Source: Eledone cirrhosa
Lineage: Eukaryota
Reading direction: 5' to 3'
Length of the DNA: 64,000 bases
Assembly: GCA_964016885.1 (NCBI GenBank)
Contig: OZ024740.1
Location: 67,270,001-67,334,000, forward strand
Part shown: piece after piece, positions 39,759 to 53,575 of the stretch
Layout: the number at the start of each line of letters is the position of its first letter
Position numbering within the stretch: the first letter of the stretch is position 1
Program-made: the position numbers and the translations under genes
The notes under the pieces: model-generated
Database searches by the model: none
The model's input: the letters and a program-made list of their open reading frames with translations, nothing else
Told to the model about the DNA's origin: nothing

Positions 39759-39945
39759 CGGTGGATTGGGAGTATCGGTAGAGGGTCGGACGCCATGCTT
39801 TGACGCATAGAGTTAAGGCCCTTGCCATTCTGAGTTCAAATCCCGCCGCGGTTAACTTTGCCTTTCATCCTTACGGGGTCGATAAAATAAAGTACCAGTA
39901 ATACACTGGTTAATTGCTGGCATTGTGCCAAAAGTAGAAACAATT
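39759..39945 (+). mobile_element. Full-length octopus-type tRNA SINE with target-site duplication
   Basis: B box gaGTTCAAATCcc. Flanked by the 17-bp direct repeat attatgtaatgaagctg (39742-39758, 39943-39959). Confidence 0.9.
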
Positions 39946-40084
39946 ATGTAATGAAGCTGGCTGATGGGATCACGTCACAGGTTGCGCGAAATCGCGTGGC
40001 CATTGACATAATTGAAATATATATCATGGCCTTAAGAATAAAGGACTTTAACATCTTCAACTACTTCGCATTTTTCTTATTATA

Positions 40085-40790
40085 TGTACTGATAGGAAAT
40101 GCATAGTCTGCAAGCTAAGGCCGCAAACTAACTGCAAAACTAGGAAAGTAGTATATAGCATAAGATGTACTGAGGGACAGTTTAGGAATAAGAACATAAC
40201 ATGTATTGGTGAAACATCCCGTAGCATAGGAGAAAGGATAAGTGATCACTAGCAAGGATTCCAGGATTGAAAACACTCATCAGTACTCCACCAACATGCC
40301 AAAGTAGAGCCTAGGGGCACATTAGAGAACATAGAGATATCAAAGTATATCCACACACAGAAAAAATGCAATGCTCAGACAAATCACAGAGGCGGCAAAC
40401 ATAAACGAACTCGAACCAAACTTAAGCAGAGCACATGAGTGGAATAGCAACATTACAACTAGTAATTAAGGACAAAATGAAGACATACAGAGCCACACAA
40501 AATCCACACTAACAAAGCAAATAAGACACACAAAGATAGAACAAACAACCAAATAGTGACAAGTAAATAAACACATCAATAAATATATAAAACACACGCA
40601 TATACCCGGATACAACATATTCGCAAACTAAGCACACAACACACAACACACGAAAACAATATGGTATAGGACAGAATAAAGGAGCGACACAAAATAAAAA
40701 ACTAGTCACTGAAATAGTCATAGAATGTGTAACGAAAGAGCTTTGACAAAATTTAAACCTTCCGGTTGTCGAACCAACCATCAACATATA
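40085..40790 (+). mobile_element. Decayed family D PLE (GIY-YIG + pLTR)
   Basis: CTEGQFRNKNITCIGETSRSIGERISDH..VLHQHAKVE..MLRQITEA matches the 15099-15530 ORF. Decayed HHR at 40704-40746. Confidence 0.85.
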
Positions 40791-40815
40791 TATATATACA
40801 TACATATATATATAT

Positions 40816-40860
<45 letters not shown>

Positions 40861-41589
40861 TTACAAGGTTTTTGATATGAAATCGTGTGTTGAAACAAAT
40901 ATTGTTATATTTGGGGAGGGTCATATCTAAACTATAATAAAGTAAGGAGCGCGGGACTGCGTACGGTTAATAATGTGTTATCCCATTAGTAAAATAAGTT
41001 GGATTACTTTGAATAAATAATGAATGAATATTAAATAATTTATCTACTAAATTTCGTGGCTGTTGATTAAATATATTTTTTTTATTTAAAGATTCACTTC
41101 TTTAAAATTTCTGAAATGTCAACACTTCCGGTTGGCCATCGCTTAATGTATCATATCTACATGCATATATACATTAATGTATCATATATACATGTATATA
41201 TACCTGTGTATAATATCAATATACACACAACACATGCTAGTAGACGACCACCCGAAGGGTGGTTTTTCTGCTCGTTGTTATACTATTGCCATAAATAGTA
41301 ATAAAACACACTCACTGTTTGGTTTGGATTGGTTTTCGCTCCTGTATCTTTTAAATCTAAACCAATCTAAACCAAACAGTGAGTGTATTTTATTATTTCT
41401 GGCAATATTATAACAATATGACCCTCCCCAAATATAACAATATATATATATATATCACATCAGAAACGGAGAATCAGTGGTGCGACGAATTAACTGATTC
41501 TCCGTTTCTTATGTGATATACTCTGCTCTGTAGGAGCATCGAGTGCTCAAACGGCCTACCGCACACGGAAGCTTTAAGCATCCCACACC

Positions 41590-41664
<75 letters not shown>

Positions 41665-41670
<6 letters not shown>

Positions 41671-43687
41671 GAACAATGTCAGTATTCCGTGTGTCATAAT
41701 TCTCGATTATCATTGGTTCATAGGTTTCAAACGACTCCGCTCACCTCAACGACGCCAAACCTAAATTAATATGCATAATGCCAATGAGGGAGTGAGAGGG
41801 GAGAGAGAGGCAAAGTGAACGCTATGTTTGGATACACTATGTATATGTGTCAATGTAGAGACATGTGTGTGTGTGTGTGGAAATAAGAGGGGAAGAAAAG
41901 CAATAACTATTAACATGTGTGCGTGTGCATGTACGTGCGCGTATGTCTATGTGTGTGTGCGTGCGTGCAGCGTTCCACAGAAAGTAAAAACCATCAACAT
42001 GTGTGAGTGTGTTCGAGTGTGTAAGTTTGCGTGCGTGTGCGCGTTTCCATGCGTGTATGTGTGTGTACGTGCGGCATCCCACAATCGCCATGCAGTTTAT
42101 CTGTCTGTGTGCCTGTTTGTCAGTCTAACATAGACAGAGTTGTGAAGGGAGTAAATAGGGACCTTTTTTTACATTGACAAACATCTTTTATATTAATTAT
42201 CTATATCTATATTTACATATAATATAAAATATTGGAACTTCCATCATCCTTTTGAGAAACGTGGAACAACCACGTCTATGCAATGATACACCATTTACAG
42301 TCAGGCAGAAGATGAACCATCTCCTAGAGGTCACTATTCTACGTGGGAGCACCTAGAATTGTTCTTATACTATGCACAAACGGTACAACGAAGAATGTGG
42401 TATATCTGGAAGATTTGTTTTACTGTTTTGTGTATCACACAGGCACCATGGACTCGCCTCATACTGTAACCAGACAAACATCGAATACAGTCATTTTCTC
42501 TTTTACCTGACTTCTCTTATCATTTGTTTACCCGGGCGAAGCTGGGTACGTCAGCTAGTCTATATATTAATTTCAACAACGTCATTATTCCGTGTGTCAT
42601 AATTCTCGATTATCATTGCTTCATAGATTTCAAACGACTCCGCCCACCTCAACGACGCCAAACTTAAATTAATACGCATAATGCCAATGAGGAAGTGAGA
42701 GAGGAGAGTAAGAAACAGAGAGGCAAAGTGAACGCTGTAACTATTACTATGTGTGCGTGTGTATGTAGGTGCGCGTATGTTTATGTGTGTGCGTGCGTGC
42801 AACGTTCCACAGAAAGTAAAAACTATTAACATGTGTGAGTGTGTAAGTGTGTGTAAGTGCACAGGTGCGTGTGTAAGTTTGCTTGCGTGTGCGCGTTTCC
42901 ATGCGTGTATGTGTGTGTACGTGGGGCGTTCCACAATCGCCACGCGGTTTATCTGTCTGTGTGCCTGTCTGTGAGTCTAACATACACAGAGTTGTGAAGA
43001 GAGTATAGGGACCTTTTTTTACATTGACAGATATCTTTTATATTTATTATTGTGTAATTTTTTGACAATTGCTCGAAATGAATACTGATAATAAAAGCAA
43101 TTCGACTTTATGAAACAATGAACTACAGCGGCGACGGCGTGCAGCCAGGAATGATGAAAAACGGGGCGAACAGCGCCATCGGAACGCCGAACTTCAGAGG
43201 CGAAGACGTGCCGCCATGAATGAAGAGGAGCTGGCTGAACAACGCCAACGAAACACTAGAGCCAAGCAGCGACGGCGTGCTGCGATAGTTGAAGACGAAC
43301 TGGCTGAGCATCATCTTTTATATTAATTATCTATATCTATATCTACATATAATATAAAAGATTGGAACTCCCATCATTCTTTTGAGAAACGTGGAACAAC
43401 CATGTCTATGCAATGATACACATTTTACAGTCAGGCAGAAGATGAACCATCACCTAGAGGTCACTATTCTAGGTGGGAGCACCTAGAATTGTTCATATAC
43501 TATGCACAAACGGTACAACGAAGATCTGGAATATGTGGAAGATTTTTTTTTACTGTTTTCTGTATCACACAGACACCACGGACTCGTCTCATACTGTAAC
43601 CAGACAAACATCCAATACAGTCATTTTCTCTTTTACCTGTCTTCTCTTATCATCTGTTTACCCAGGCGAAGCTGGGTACGTTAGCTA

Positions 43688-43688
<1 letters not shown>
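41665..43688 (+). mobile_element. Tandemly duplicated Helitron-type composite (two units), each ending in hairpin + CTAG
   Basis: 41670-42558 is similar to 42560-43688. Sub-elements 42200-42558 and 43330-43688 start TC and end acccrggcgaagctgggtacgtyagCTAG|t. Confidence 0.75.
43117..43312 (+). pseudogene. Fragment encoding 23-aa Arg/Glu repeats (STPR-like, as in Helitron RepHel N-termini)
   Basis: NELQRRRRAARNDEKRGEQRHRNA-ELQRRRRAAMNEEELAEQRQRNT-RAKQRRRAAIVEDELAEH. Confidence 0.6.
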
Positions 43689-43767
<79 letters not shown>

Positions 43768-43769
<2 letters not shown>

Positions 43770-44410
43770 CGTTTCTGAATTTGTTTAGCAAGATTCTTTA
43801 CTTTATCTGAAAACGTGTTTTGAAACCGATATTGTTATGCTTTGGGAGGGTCATGTTGCCAATAAGAAACACACTCACCAGTTGCTTTCACTTCAATTTA
43901 TTATAAATTAAATTTATAAATTTAGGAATTTATAAATTTCCGGTTGGTTGGTTGGTTGGTTCCACAACGAGATGATTGTTCATATATTGTCAATGTTCTT
44001 TCGACACACATTATGTGACCTCTTCAGTGACTGGGGATTCTTTTCTTTGTTTTTGTGCCACTCCTTTGTTCTGTCCTATGCCATCTTGTTTTTGTGTGTG
44101 TTGTGTGCTTAGTTTGCGCATGTGTTACATCCGGGTCACATGCGCAAACTAAGCACACAACACAAACAAAAACAAGATGGCGTAGGACAGAACAAAGGAG
44201 AGGCACAAAAACAAAGAAACGAATCCCCAGTCACTGAAGACGTCACAGCATGTGTGACGAAAAAACTTTGACAATATATGAACAATTGTCTGGTTGTGGA
44301 ACCAACCAAATATATTCCTAAATTTATAAATTTAATTCATAATAAATTGAAGTGAAAGCAACTGGTGTGTGTGTTTCTTATTGGCCACATGACCCACCCA
44401 AAGCATAACC
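43768..44410. mobile_element. Fold-back palindrome of two family D pLTRs
   Basis: Centre near 44132, arms ~280 bp. HHR on - at 43989-44032 and on + at 44229-44272. Confidence 0.9.
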
Positions 44411-44441
<31 letters not shown>

Positions 44442-44911
44442 GAGAGAGAGAGAGGCGGGGAGATACCTCAACCATTGTTGCTGCCACCATAACTACCAAC
44501 GACAACTGCAGAGCCACCGCCGTTACAGTGAAGCGAAAGTTTTTAACACCTCCACATTTTACAATTAAATTTCTCCCTGATCTATTAGATATTAATTATT
44601 CTGTCATATCGGAGATTTTTTTGACAGGTTTATTGTGAACAATAAGACAGGGACAGTTTGTTCGTTTGTTTGTTTGTTTTTAAAAAATGAAAATATATTG
44701 TTGCAATTTTTGATATTTTAATTGGAAGTGTTATTGTTGTCGTGGTGAGAGGTGGCGTGATTAATGGTGATGATTCAGTTAGGGAGGGGTGATGGTCAGT
44801 CATTGGAAAAGTAGAGGAAATAATGATAGCTTTTCTCCATTTTGGAAGTTAAAATATGTTTGTCTACATCTTTAAATCTAATTGAATACTATATCTGTAT
44901 ATGTCAAAGTG

Positions 44912-44977
<66 letters not shown>

Positions 44978-45154
44978 GTATATATATATATATAATATAT
45001 ATATATATATAATATACATAAATATTCAGCGCACATACATGCGCACGTGCAAACACACATATATCCATGTATACATACATACATATATGGATGTGTGTGT
45101 ATGTATCTTGATGTGTATGTGTATGTATGTATATATATATATATATATATACAG

Positions 45155-46790
45155 ACATTCACCGCCCCTGCCTTGAACTCCCCATCTTTCTTTAGCCACC
45201 GACTACCACCTCTATACACCACCGACCATCACCCACCCCTACCTACCACTAACTTCACTAACCTAGCTACGCCACCTCCTCTTGCTTAACACCTTCCCAC
45301 CCCACCTCACACTACCACTCAACAATGTACATACACATAACCTTCCTCCCCATCATACCGGCTAACTACTGACCCCTCCCCGCCAGTAACGAACTAACCT
45401 CTTCTACCACAACTCGCACCTTCCTCTCTCCCTTCACCTTTCCTTCTATCAACACTAATCTCTACCCACACACATCCACACCTCACCACCCCTCTAACAC
45501 AACTAACACTCTACCCTTCCCCGCACCTCTTTCATCCTCTAACCTACTAATAGCCCCCTCCCACCCATATCCACCTCCTTTCCCCAACCGTCACCCTCTA
45601 ATCCACTAACTTCCCACCACACACCTCACACACCTAACCCTTACACCACAAATACACACATGCATTTCCACCCTAAACACACACCCGTATATACGCTCAA
45701 ATACGCATATGTACACATCAAAACAGCAATCGACAGAACCCTCCCACACACAACGACAATGCCTCCTCACATGTCCACTACGCTTTCTACACACACATAC
45801 ACATAAGTCCATACACACATACATATACCTCCACTATTCCCACCCACCTCCACCCATAGACACCTGCCGGTCTACACAGCTAACTGCCTCTCACGCACAC
45901 ATAGTAACTCAATCGTTCTCGCCCACCATGATCTCTTTTGTTGGCACCACCTCCTCCCCTCCCTCTCACATATTGTCCTGCCATCACCACCTCCTCCAAC
46001 TCTTTCTACCTGACCACATCTGGTTGCGCAGGCCATACTGCCATTTGACTTCCTCATCGCCATTTTTCTCTTGTTCGAAATCGGACTTCACCTCCCGTTG
46101 AAATCTACCCGCTGTACCCTTGGATTTTACCATCCAGACACATGCATCATTTCCGCACACACGCAACTACGCACCTTACACGAACCCACATCACCTACAG
46201 ACATCCCTTCTTTTAACTATACAGACACACGCGCGTCCGGATTTGACAGGTTTTCATCCTATCCGGCCCCTTCATCCACACACACATACACACCTATAAC
46301 CATACAGGGATTATCACGCACAGACATATACTCCACCAAACACACAAACAATGGTTTTTTTAAAAAAAACCTACATTCACATGCATTCGCTTCCTTCCAG
46401 ACTCTCATACTGACATCCACACAAACATGCATACACCTTACCCCTCGCCATCCGCAACCGCACTCTGATTTTCTTGCTTCCCCCATAACTTCTCTCCCCC
46501 TCTCCCCTTCCACCCACCACTATACACAATACCACACCCTTTCCATCCCGGACATGAACGCCTCTACCACCCCTTTATTTTTTAAAAATTCTGTTTCTCA
46601 TTTATTTCCGTGTTCTTCTTGTTAACATCCTACTTACTACCCTTCTGACTCGCTCTTGGAGTTCTTCTCAACTTTCCTTATGAAGGTCTTATATCCGAAA
46701 CGTCAAAACCTTCCCCCACTCTCACCAAGCGCGAACCTAATACAACTGTGTACGATTGACTGCTGCGTTTGTTTGTTTGTCGTGTTGAAC
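45155..46790 (+). mobile_element. C/A-rich PLE-type 3' region with decayed terminal HHR
   Basis: Strong C/A skew; ends ttc CTTATGA agg..tcc GAAA cg TC aaaa (about 46672-46710) before a TA tract. Confidence 0.45.
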
Positions 46791-47160
46791 TATATATATA
46801 TATACATGTGTTTGAGTGTACGCATACATGTATGTGTGAGCGTCTGCGTTAATGATTTGTGCAGAAAACTGTGCAAAAATAATGAAATGCTAGCTAGACG
46901 AGAGATAAAAATTGTCGTTCTTATCTTGGAACAATTATGTTGAAATGCTTGACTTAGAATAGAAAGACCCAAGATGCTAATCATCGAAGAATCGTTTAGA
47001 AGTAAAATGCATTGTTGATATCCCCTTTTATTCGACTTATTTTACTTCTCTATTCCTCACTTTCACTTTTCTATCCATCGATCTATCTATCTGTCTATAG
47101 TTGCTGCCCTTTCTTTCATTCTCTGCTCACATGTAAGTAAAGACACACACACACACACAC

Positions 47161-47195
<35 letters not shown>

Positions 47196-47197
<2 letters not shown>

Positions 47198-47383
47198 TGA
47201 GATTCTACAGGACTAGAACTGTTTCATTCATTAGAAATCATCAGGAATCAGATTCCTGATGATTTCTAATGAATGAAACAGTTCTAGTCCTGTAGAATCT
47301 CATCTATATTAAAACTTTTATACTCTGCTATGTATTGAGTACCTTACTTACTGTGGTTACCTCCGATTCAACCCGGAATAACG
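47196..47383 (+). mobile_element. Family F fragment: two intact HHRs back-to-back (47200-47249 on -, 47250-47300 on +)
   Basis: agattc CTGATGA tttc taat gaat GAAA cag ttctagtc ctg TA gaatct, with its inverse immediately upstream. Confidence 0.88.
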
Positions 47384-47436
47384 TATATATATATATATAT
47401 ATATATACATACACACACACATACACACACACCCAC

Positions 47437-47564
<128 letters not shown>

Positions 47565-48002
47565 GAAAGATTGGTAAAATCGAAGCTTCGGCTGTCTCAG
47601 AGTCTCAGAGTAATAACATTCGTTAGACGGCATGACAAATTGAAAGCTGTGGCAGGCAGACACAGACACGACAGCGAAGCAACGAGAAAACCAACTGGGT
47701 AATAAAAAGCAAACCTGGATCTTCTCAGAGGCAGATCTTCGTTTCTCCGATAGGTTTCTATGAAAACAAAATCAACAATTCTACTTACGCCTGTATGCAA
47801 GTTTTTCGTGTTTGAAGACCGAACTGGGGATTTATGTTAACTGGTTTTCGTTCTGCGCTGTGACCCGTTGTGGTATGAAGCAGTAAGCCGCTGTTTTAGC
47901 AGCGTCTAATGCCTCCACTATCACGTGCTTTTTCCCAACAAGTGAACTAACCCCGGGTATTTTTGGCGAACAAATTCAAAATGTGAACAAGGGAATTGTC
48001 AC

Positions 48003-48370
48003 TTGCCCCATCAAAATAATTGGTGGGAGCATGAACCACCTCTCGTATTTGAAAAAGGTTACATCTCAATTTTGTGGAAATTTAGCGTCCAAACACATCG
48101 AAAAATAGACCTGATAGTGAAGGACTTTAAAAAGAGGGTATGCCTGCTAATTGACATGACCGTTCCTATAAACAACAATGTATGAATAAAACATTTAAAA
48201 AATAAAGACCTGGAGAGAGTGGACAAATGTTGTAGGTGAGAACTAGAACAATACCAGTGGTTGTAGTCGCTCCGGAATGATACTCATCACAAATCACAGG
48301 AAACCCGCGTATAAACGAAATTCAAAAGATAGGACTACCAATATACTAGGGAAGATTCTATCAATATTAG
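48003..48370 (+). mobile_element. R4/Dong-type LINE restriction-like endonuclease fragment
   Basis: WWEHEP..ILWKFSVQTHRKI-DLIVKDFKKRVCLLIDMTVP..KDL..TIPVVV..EIQKI, a decayed PD..D nuclease pattern. Confidence 0.75.
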
Positions 48371-48626
48371 TACATTTCAAGCAGTGGAGGATTGGGTCTA
48401 AATATATTGGTTACCAGAGATGAAGGGGGTCCAACTACATATAGAATAGTATCATTTAATATTTATAATGAATAAATAACATCTTCAAAAATACACAATT
48501 GGAAACAAAACAATGCAATCAAATTTTTGCGGTTAAATATCTTATCTTACATTTTCCAATAAAAATAAATGTATTTTGCGAAATCCAGAGAATTTCAATA
48601 ATGACCTTTGGTCTTTCACACTCATT

Positions 48627-48668
<42 letters not shown>

Positions 48669-48764
48669 CCCACTCTACTACCCTAAGTATTGAGTACATT
48701 GGTGCGTTATGGTCCATCTGGTTCCTTACCACATTTCCTTCGTTATATATATATATATATATTC

Positions 48765-48836
<72 letters not shown>

Positions 48837-49042
48837 TGCACTTACCAATGAAACGGTCGTAAATACCTGGATTAAATCCTTCTCTTAATGCTTACCTGTG
48901 TTTTCTCTTTTATACTTTATACTCCAAGATTGAACGGAATTCTTACAAACTTGTGGAGTTACCCCATACGTACGTTGAAACCATCCATGAAACTGGCTTT
49001 CTTAACCAAAAACTGGATCACAATAAGCAATTTTTTGCTTCT

Positions 49043-49110
<68 letters not shown>

Positions 49111-49136
49111 GAGTGGGTGTATATGTGTGCATGGAC

Positions 49137-49184
<48 letters not shown>

Positions 49185-49188
<4 letters not shown>

Positions 49189-49460
49189 GGTGTGGGATGC
49201 TTAAAGCGTCCCCATGAGGTAGGCCGTTTGAGCACTCAATGCTCTTACAGACCAGAGTATAATAACACATAAGAAACGGAGAATCAGTGGTGCGACGAAT
49301 TACAATGTATATACATATTACAATCGTTTCTCTGGTGACTAGTTCGAGGCAGGATTGTTGCGATGATCGTACCTCACTCTGAAATCATAATATCCTCAGA
49401 TACGTCTCGATCTTTCGAAGCAGAGTTCCCAAATGTCCAGTTAATCCCGCCGCCTTCTCT
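49185..49460 (-). mobile_element. pLTR fragment with long-stem-II HHR (49313-49405)
   Basis: Reverse complement: acgtat CTGAGGA ... GAAA cgattg TA atatgt. 3' end matches 41455-41595. Confidence 0.6.
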
Positions 49461-49524
49461 CGCCAGCTTGTATACAACTTGTTGCATGTTAGATGCAAAA
49501 ACTTACAATGATTTGCCTTATATA

Positions 49525-51879
49525 GGAAAAAGTATGATCCCGACGGCAGAGCTCAAGCCGTTTCGACGGCCATTTCTGGACTAAATTAGAATTTTTCGCC
49601 TGGTGAATAAACAGCCGAACTTTTCAATGGGGTACTTACTTCCTTATATGGGAGGATTGTAGTTGTCAAGAGGATTGGTTAAAATTTGTTGTAAACACAA
49701 ATAAGTCTATCATGGCATTTGGTGGGAGGTAGGGGTGGCTGAACTTGCCTGTAGAACAATATGGGAGTGAATGGAGCGAACAAGCGTTGAAAGTGATATG
49801 TATACATCAGATTCTAAGGATAGTGTATGAAGTGGGGGAAGGAGGTTATAGAATAGGTAAATTGAAAGAGAGGAGGAGACAGTAGAAGATACTAGAAATA
49901 AAAAAATAAACAAATATATACATATATATAAAATTAGATAGTGAGAAATGAATAAAGAAATCACAATGCTATCTTACAATTACAGGTTAATAAGTTGAGA
50001 ATAGAAAAAACTTATAGAAATTACAAAACAGATACAAACTTAAAGAGGTTTTTAACACATCTGCTATAAGTAGTTAGTAAAACGTATTCGGCCAATTCTA
50101 TCTTAAAATAACAGGGGTGGGGGAACTGATGCTACAAGGCCCGATGGGCTGCATCGGGGTAAGCGAAAGGGGAAAGCAGACGAGGAGGAAAATAGGGAGT
50201 GGAAAGAAGTGATAGGATGAGACAGGGGGAAGAAGGAGACAAAGAGGAAAAGAAAAGAGATACATTTACCAATGTAATCTGGGGTTTCCCCTAACTTATT
50301 CGGCAAGTGTGTGTATGGGAGGGAGGGGGGGGGGGATCTGCCCTTGTCTAGCCACCCGGGTCGTTATAGGGTTTGAGGGCGAGGTAAGTCCTACGCAATC
50401 TCTGTTTGCATGCGGTTACCAGTTCATCTTTCTTGTTTAGGAGTAGATCCTTCGAAAACAGCATTTGTAATGTTTCCTCCGAACATAAGTTACACGGACG
50501 GCGTCCTCCCGTGTAAGAGTTAGCTCTGGACAGTAAGCTCCAAGTGAGATTGTAGGTTATATTGTTATCTTGGAGGTCCCAGATGTGACCCGAAAGTGTA
50601 GTGGTTTCGGAAAGTGTTTCGGAAAGTGTGTCGTGTTGGTAGAGCCGGGTCTTGAAATCACACGCGGTTAATCCTATATAAGCTTTGTTGGAGGTGTCCG
50701 TTCTCACGTTGCTCTGGTATTTGTTGTTGAGGGGGAACGTGGATCTATCAGGGCAGTTACACCTCCTGGTCGGCTCTCCACTGATGTCTAGGTTATTCTT
50801 CCATAGGGGTTGAGTTTTTTGTTGTTTGAGGAAACTATGTTTTGTGCGATGTTTTCTGCTGGTTCCGCTAAGGGAAGCTGGATAAAATGATATTTCCTCC
50901 CGGAAGCCACTCCGCTTGAGGGCCTGGTTGTAATGAGGCGCATGTTCGTCGAATATCTGCTCATTAGCGGTCAAACGAGATATGCGGAGGGAGATGTTTT
51001 TAAGCAGGTTATTGGTGATGTTTCTAGGATGGTTACAGCTGCGGTGGATGTAGTACAGGTTGTCGTTTGGTTTCATGTATGGGTAGTACAGATCATTTTC
51101 GAGGTTAAGAGTAACGTCCAGGAAACTGACTCGGGTTAGGGAGTTTGTAGGGTGATTTGAAATCCCCAGTCCCGGAAGAAGTTGTACTACTGGGGTTGTA
51201 CCCTTTGAGGGTGAGGAGCCCATCATCCCGGTACAATCCACCGCCGAATGCAGGAAACATTTCGGTGAGTTTAAATAGTAGGAATAATCCTATAAGATCT
51301 GTGACCTCGGCCGAATCGGTCGCGCCCACACTGACGTCGAAGAGGGAGTCGGGAGCTCTCTTTATCCACTTGGAGTTGTCGAAAAGTAGGACTGTCTTTC
51401 TGGCCTAGAGAATGATATTTCTTTCCTGGTCAGTGATGGGCGTGAGTGTTTCGGCAAAGTCCAAGGCGGCTGTAAGGAGCGGAAAGGTAATAGTTGCATA
51501 GTAACTCTCTATGTCAAACTGGATGAATTGTGTGTCTCGTTTGTCCTCCATATTCCTGAACCATGAGATTACTTCCTGGGTGCTGACCCATAAGGTAAGT
51601 CTCACGTTTTGCTTAACTTTTGGTATAACTCGGTCTACAACAAATGTTAATCAATCCTCTTGACAACTACAATCTTTCCATATATGGAAGTACCCTCTTG
51701 AAAAGTTCCCCTATTTATTCACCAGGCTAAAAATTATAATTTAGTCCAGAAATAGCCGTCGAAACGGCTTGAGCTCTGCCGTCGGGGTCATACTTTTCCC
51801 GATTTCCCACTCTACTACCCTAAGTATTGAGTACTCTGCTGCGTTATGGTCCATTTGGTTCCTTACCACAATTCCTTTG

Positions 51880-51882
<3 letters not shown>
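49525..51882 (-). mobile_element. 5'-truncated PLE (probably Hydra clade) with inverted pLTR at its 5' end
   Basis: FIQFDIESYYATI, MGATDSAEVTDLIG, GLYRDDGL, SFLDVTLNL, YIHRSCNHP, CNC, AYIGLT, CNLCSEE..LLNKKDE. 49525-49695 is inverted at 51640-51800. Confidence 0.93.
49535..49634 (-). ncRNA. Type I HHR, U3-A8 core, extended stem II (inverted copy at 51691-51788 +)
   Basis: Reverse complement: acccca TTGAAAA gtt cggctgttt..aaatggccg tc GAAA cggc ttgagctct gccg TC ggg. Confidence 0.65.
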
Positions 51883-51910
<28 letters not shown>

Positions 51911-51913
<3 letters not shown>

Positions 51914-52727
51914 TCATGAAATCCACCCAGCTTATGCTGACCAGGACTAACATGTTGCGTGTTTATTTCCTTTCTTTGGTTTGCTTTAATCCTTCTATGT
52001 TGTTCACTTGTCCCCCTTACTTTACGCGATTTACTGGTTCCAATAACCTTTTTTAGTTATTGCTCGCACCAACCTGAGGGGTCTGATTTTTAATGCGATG
52101 AAATACCAATGATGGTTGGAATATCACTGACGAAGGACTATTTTTATCATATGTAACCTATGTGCAACCACGCGGTATTCTTCTTTCTTCTCATGTTTTT
52201 TTAATATATATTCACCTCGGCTGCGTTTTTCTGTTTCTCTCTTACTGCTTCCCCGTTCTCTCTGTTTCTCTCACCTTCTTTCGCCCCCTCTGTCAGTTAC
52301 ACTTTCTCTCGACTGACCGCTTCCTCGCACTTCCACTCACTCACTCTCTGTTTCTCCCCTTCTCACTTCCTCCCGTTTGGCTAACAGTGGGTCTCTTCTT
52401 GCTTACATCCCACTCACGCTGGACGTGTCTGTACCTTACGCTCATGAAATCCACCAAGCTTATGCTGACCAGGACTACCATGTTGCTTGTTTATTTCCTT
52501 TTTTTGGTTTGCTTTTATCCTTCTATATTGTTCACTTGTCCCCCTCGCTTTACGCGATTTACTGGTCCCAATAACTTTTTTTAGTTATTGCTCGCACCAA
52601 CCTGAGGTATCTGATTTTTAATTCGATGAAATATCAATGATGGTTGGAAAATCACTGACGAAGGACTATTTTTATCATATGTAACCTATGTGCAACCACG
52701 CAATATTCTTCTTTCTTCTCATGTTTT
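51911..52727 (+). mobile_element. Non-coding 528-bp partial tandem repeat, subfamily B, with two reversed-order HHR cores (52064-52134, 52592-52662)
   Basis: tcgca ccaacc tga ggtat C tgattt ttaa ttcga t GAA atatc aatgat ggttgg a aaatca CTGACGA a. TA tracts on both sides. Confidence 0.88.
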
Positions 52728-53508
52728 TTATATATATATATAATTTCTTTGTTAAAAAATCAAATTAAATTAATTCACCAGTTAAACATATATAGGTATA
52801 ATAATGGTTGTTACCAAAGAACCAGAATATTGACAATTCGACACTAAATATGAGTAATAGCTCTAGGCAAGCCATGAGCGAAACGACATATTTTAAAATT
52901 AGATTTTGAAAGTAGGTTTATAATTATTTACTCTCATTATACTTTAGTAGCTGTCTCGGCGGCCTAGTTGGAGGAATCATAGACGGTGATGACCCTTGTC
53001 TGATGTTCGAACTGGTCGATAGTTGGGTCCGCGTTAAACCTTTTCAGTTTTTTTTTTGTATGGGATGTAAAATAAAACCTGAAAAATATTACATGTACCT
53101 CTCGTCCAGGATTGAACCCAAGGCCAGGATCCCTATTGTCACTAGTACCTACGACTAGTCCCCTGAGACAACTACGAAAATCTACTGAAAATTCATATTT
53201 ATAAACCTACTTTCAAAATTTTCAAAACAAAATCATGTGGTGTCCTTCTTAATGTTATTGTCTTTACTTACGGTCGCCTTCTCCATCTTCTGGGTGTTCC
53301 GTAAACTATATCCTCGTTTTGTATCTTATCTATCTAGGCTATATTTTAACCTGTAATCAATGTTTCGTTCCTGTTGCACTCCATCCTCCCCCTCTCTCTT
53401 TCTCTCTGTGATATTTGAATCTACTCTTAATTAGGCTTACATTATTCATATATATATATATATATATATATGCTTGTGCATGTCAGATTCAAACTTACAA
53501 TGATTGGC

Positions 53509-53575
<67 letters not shown>

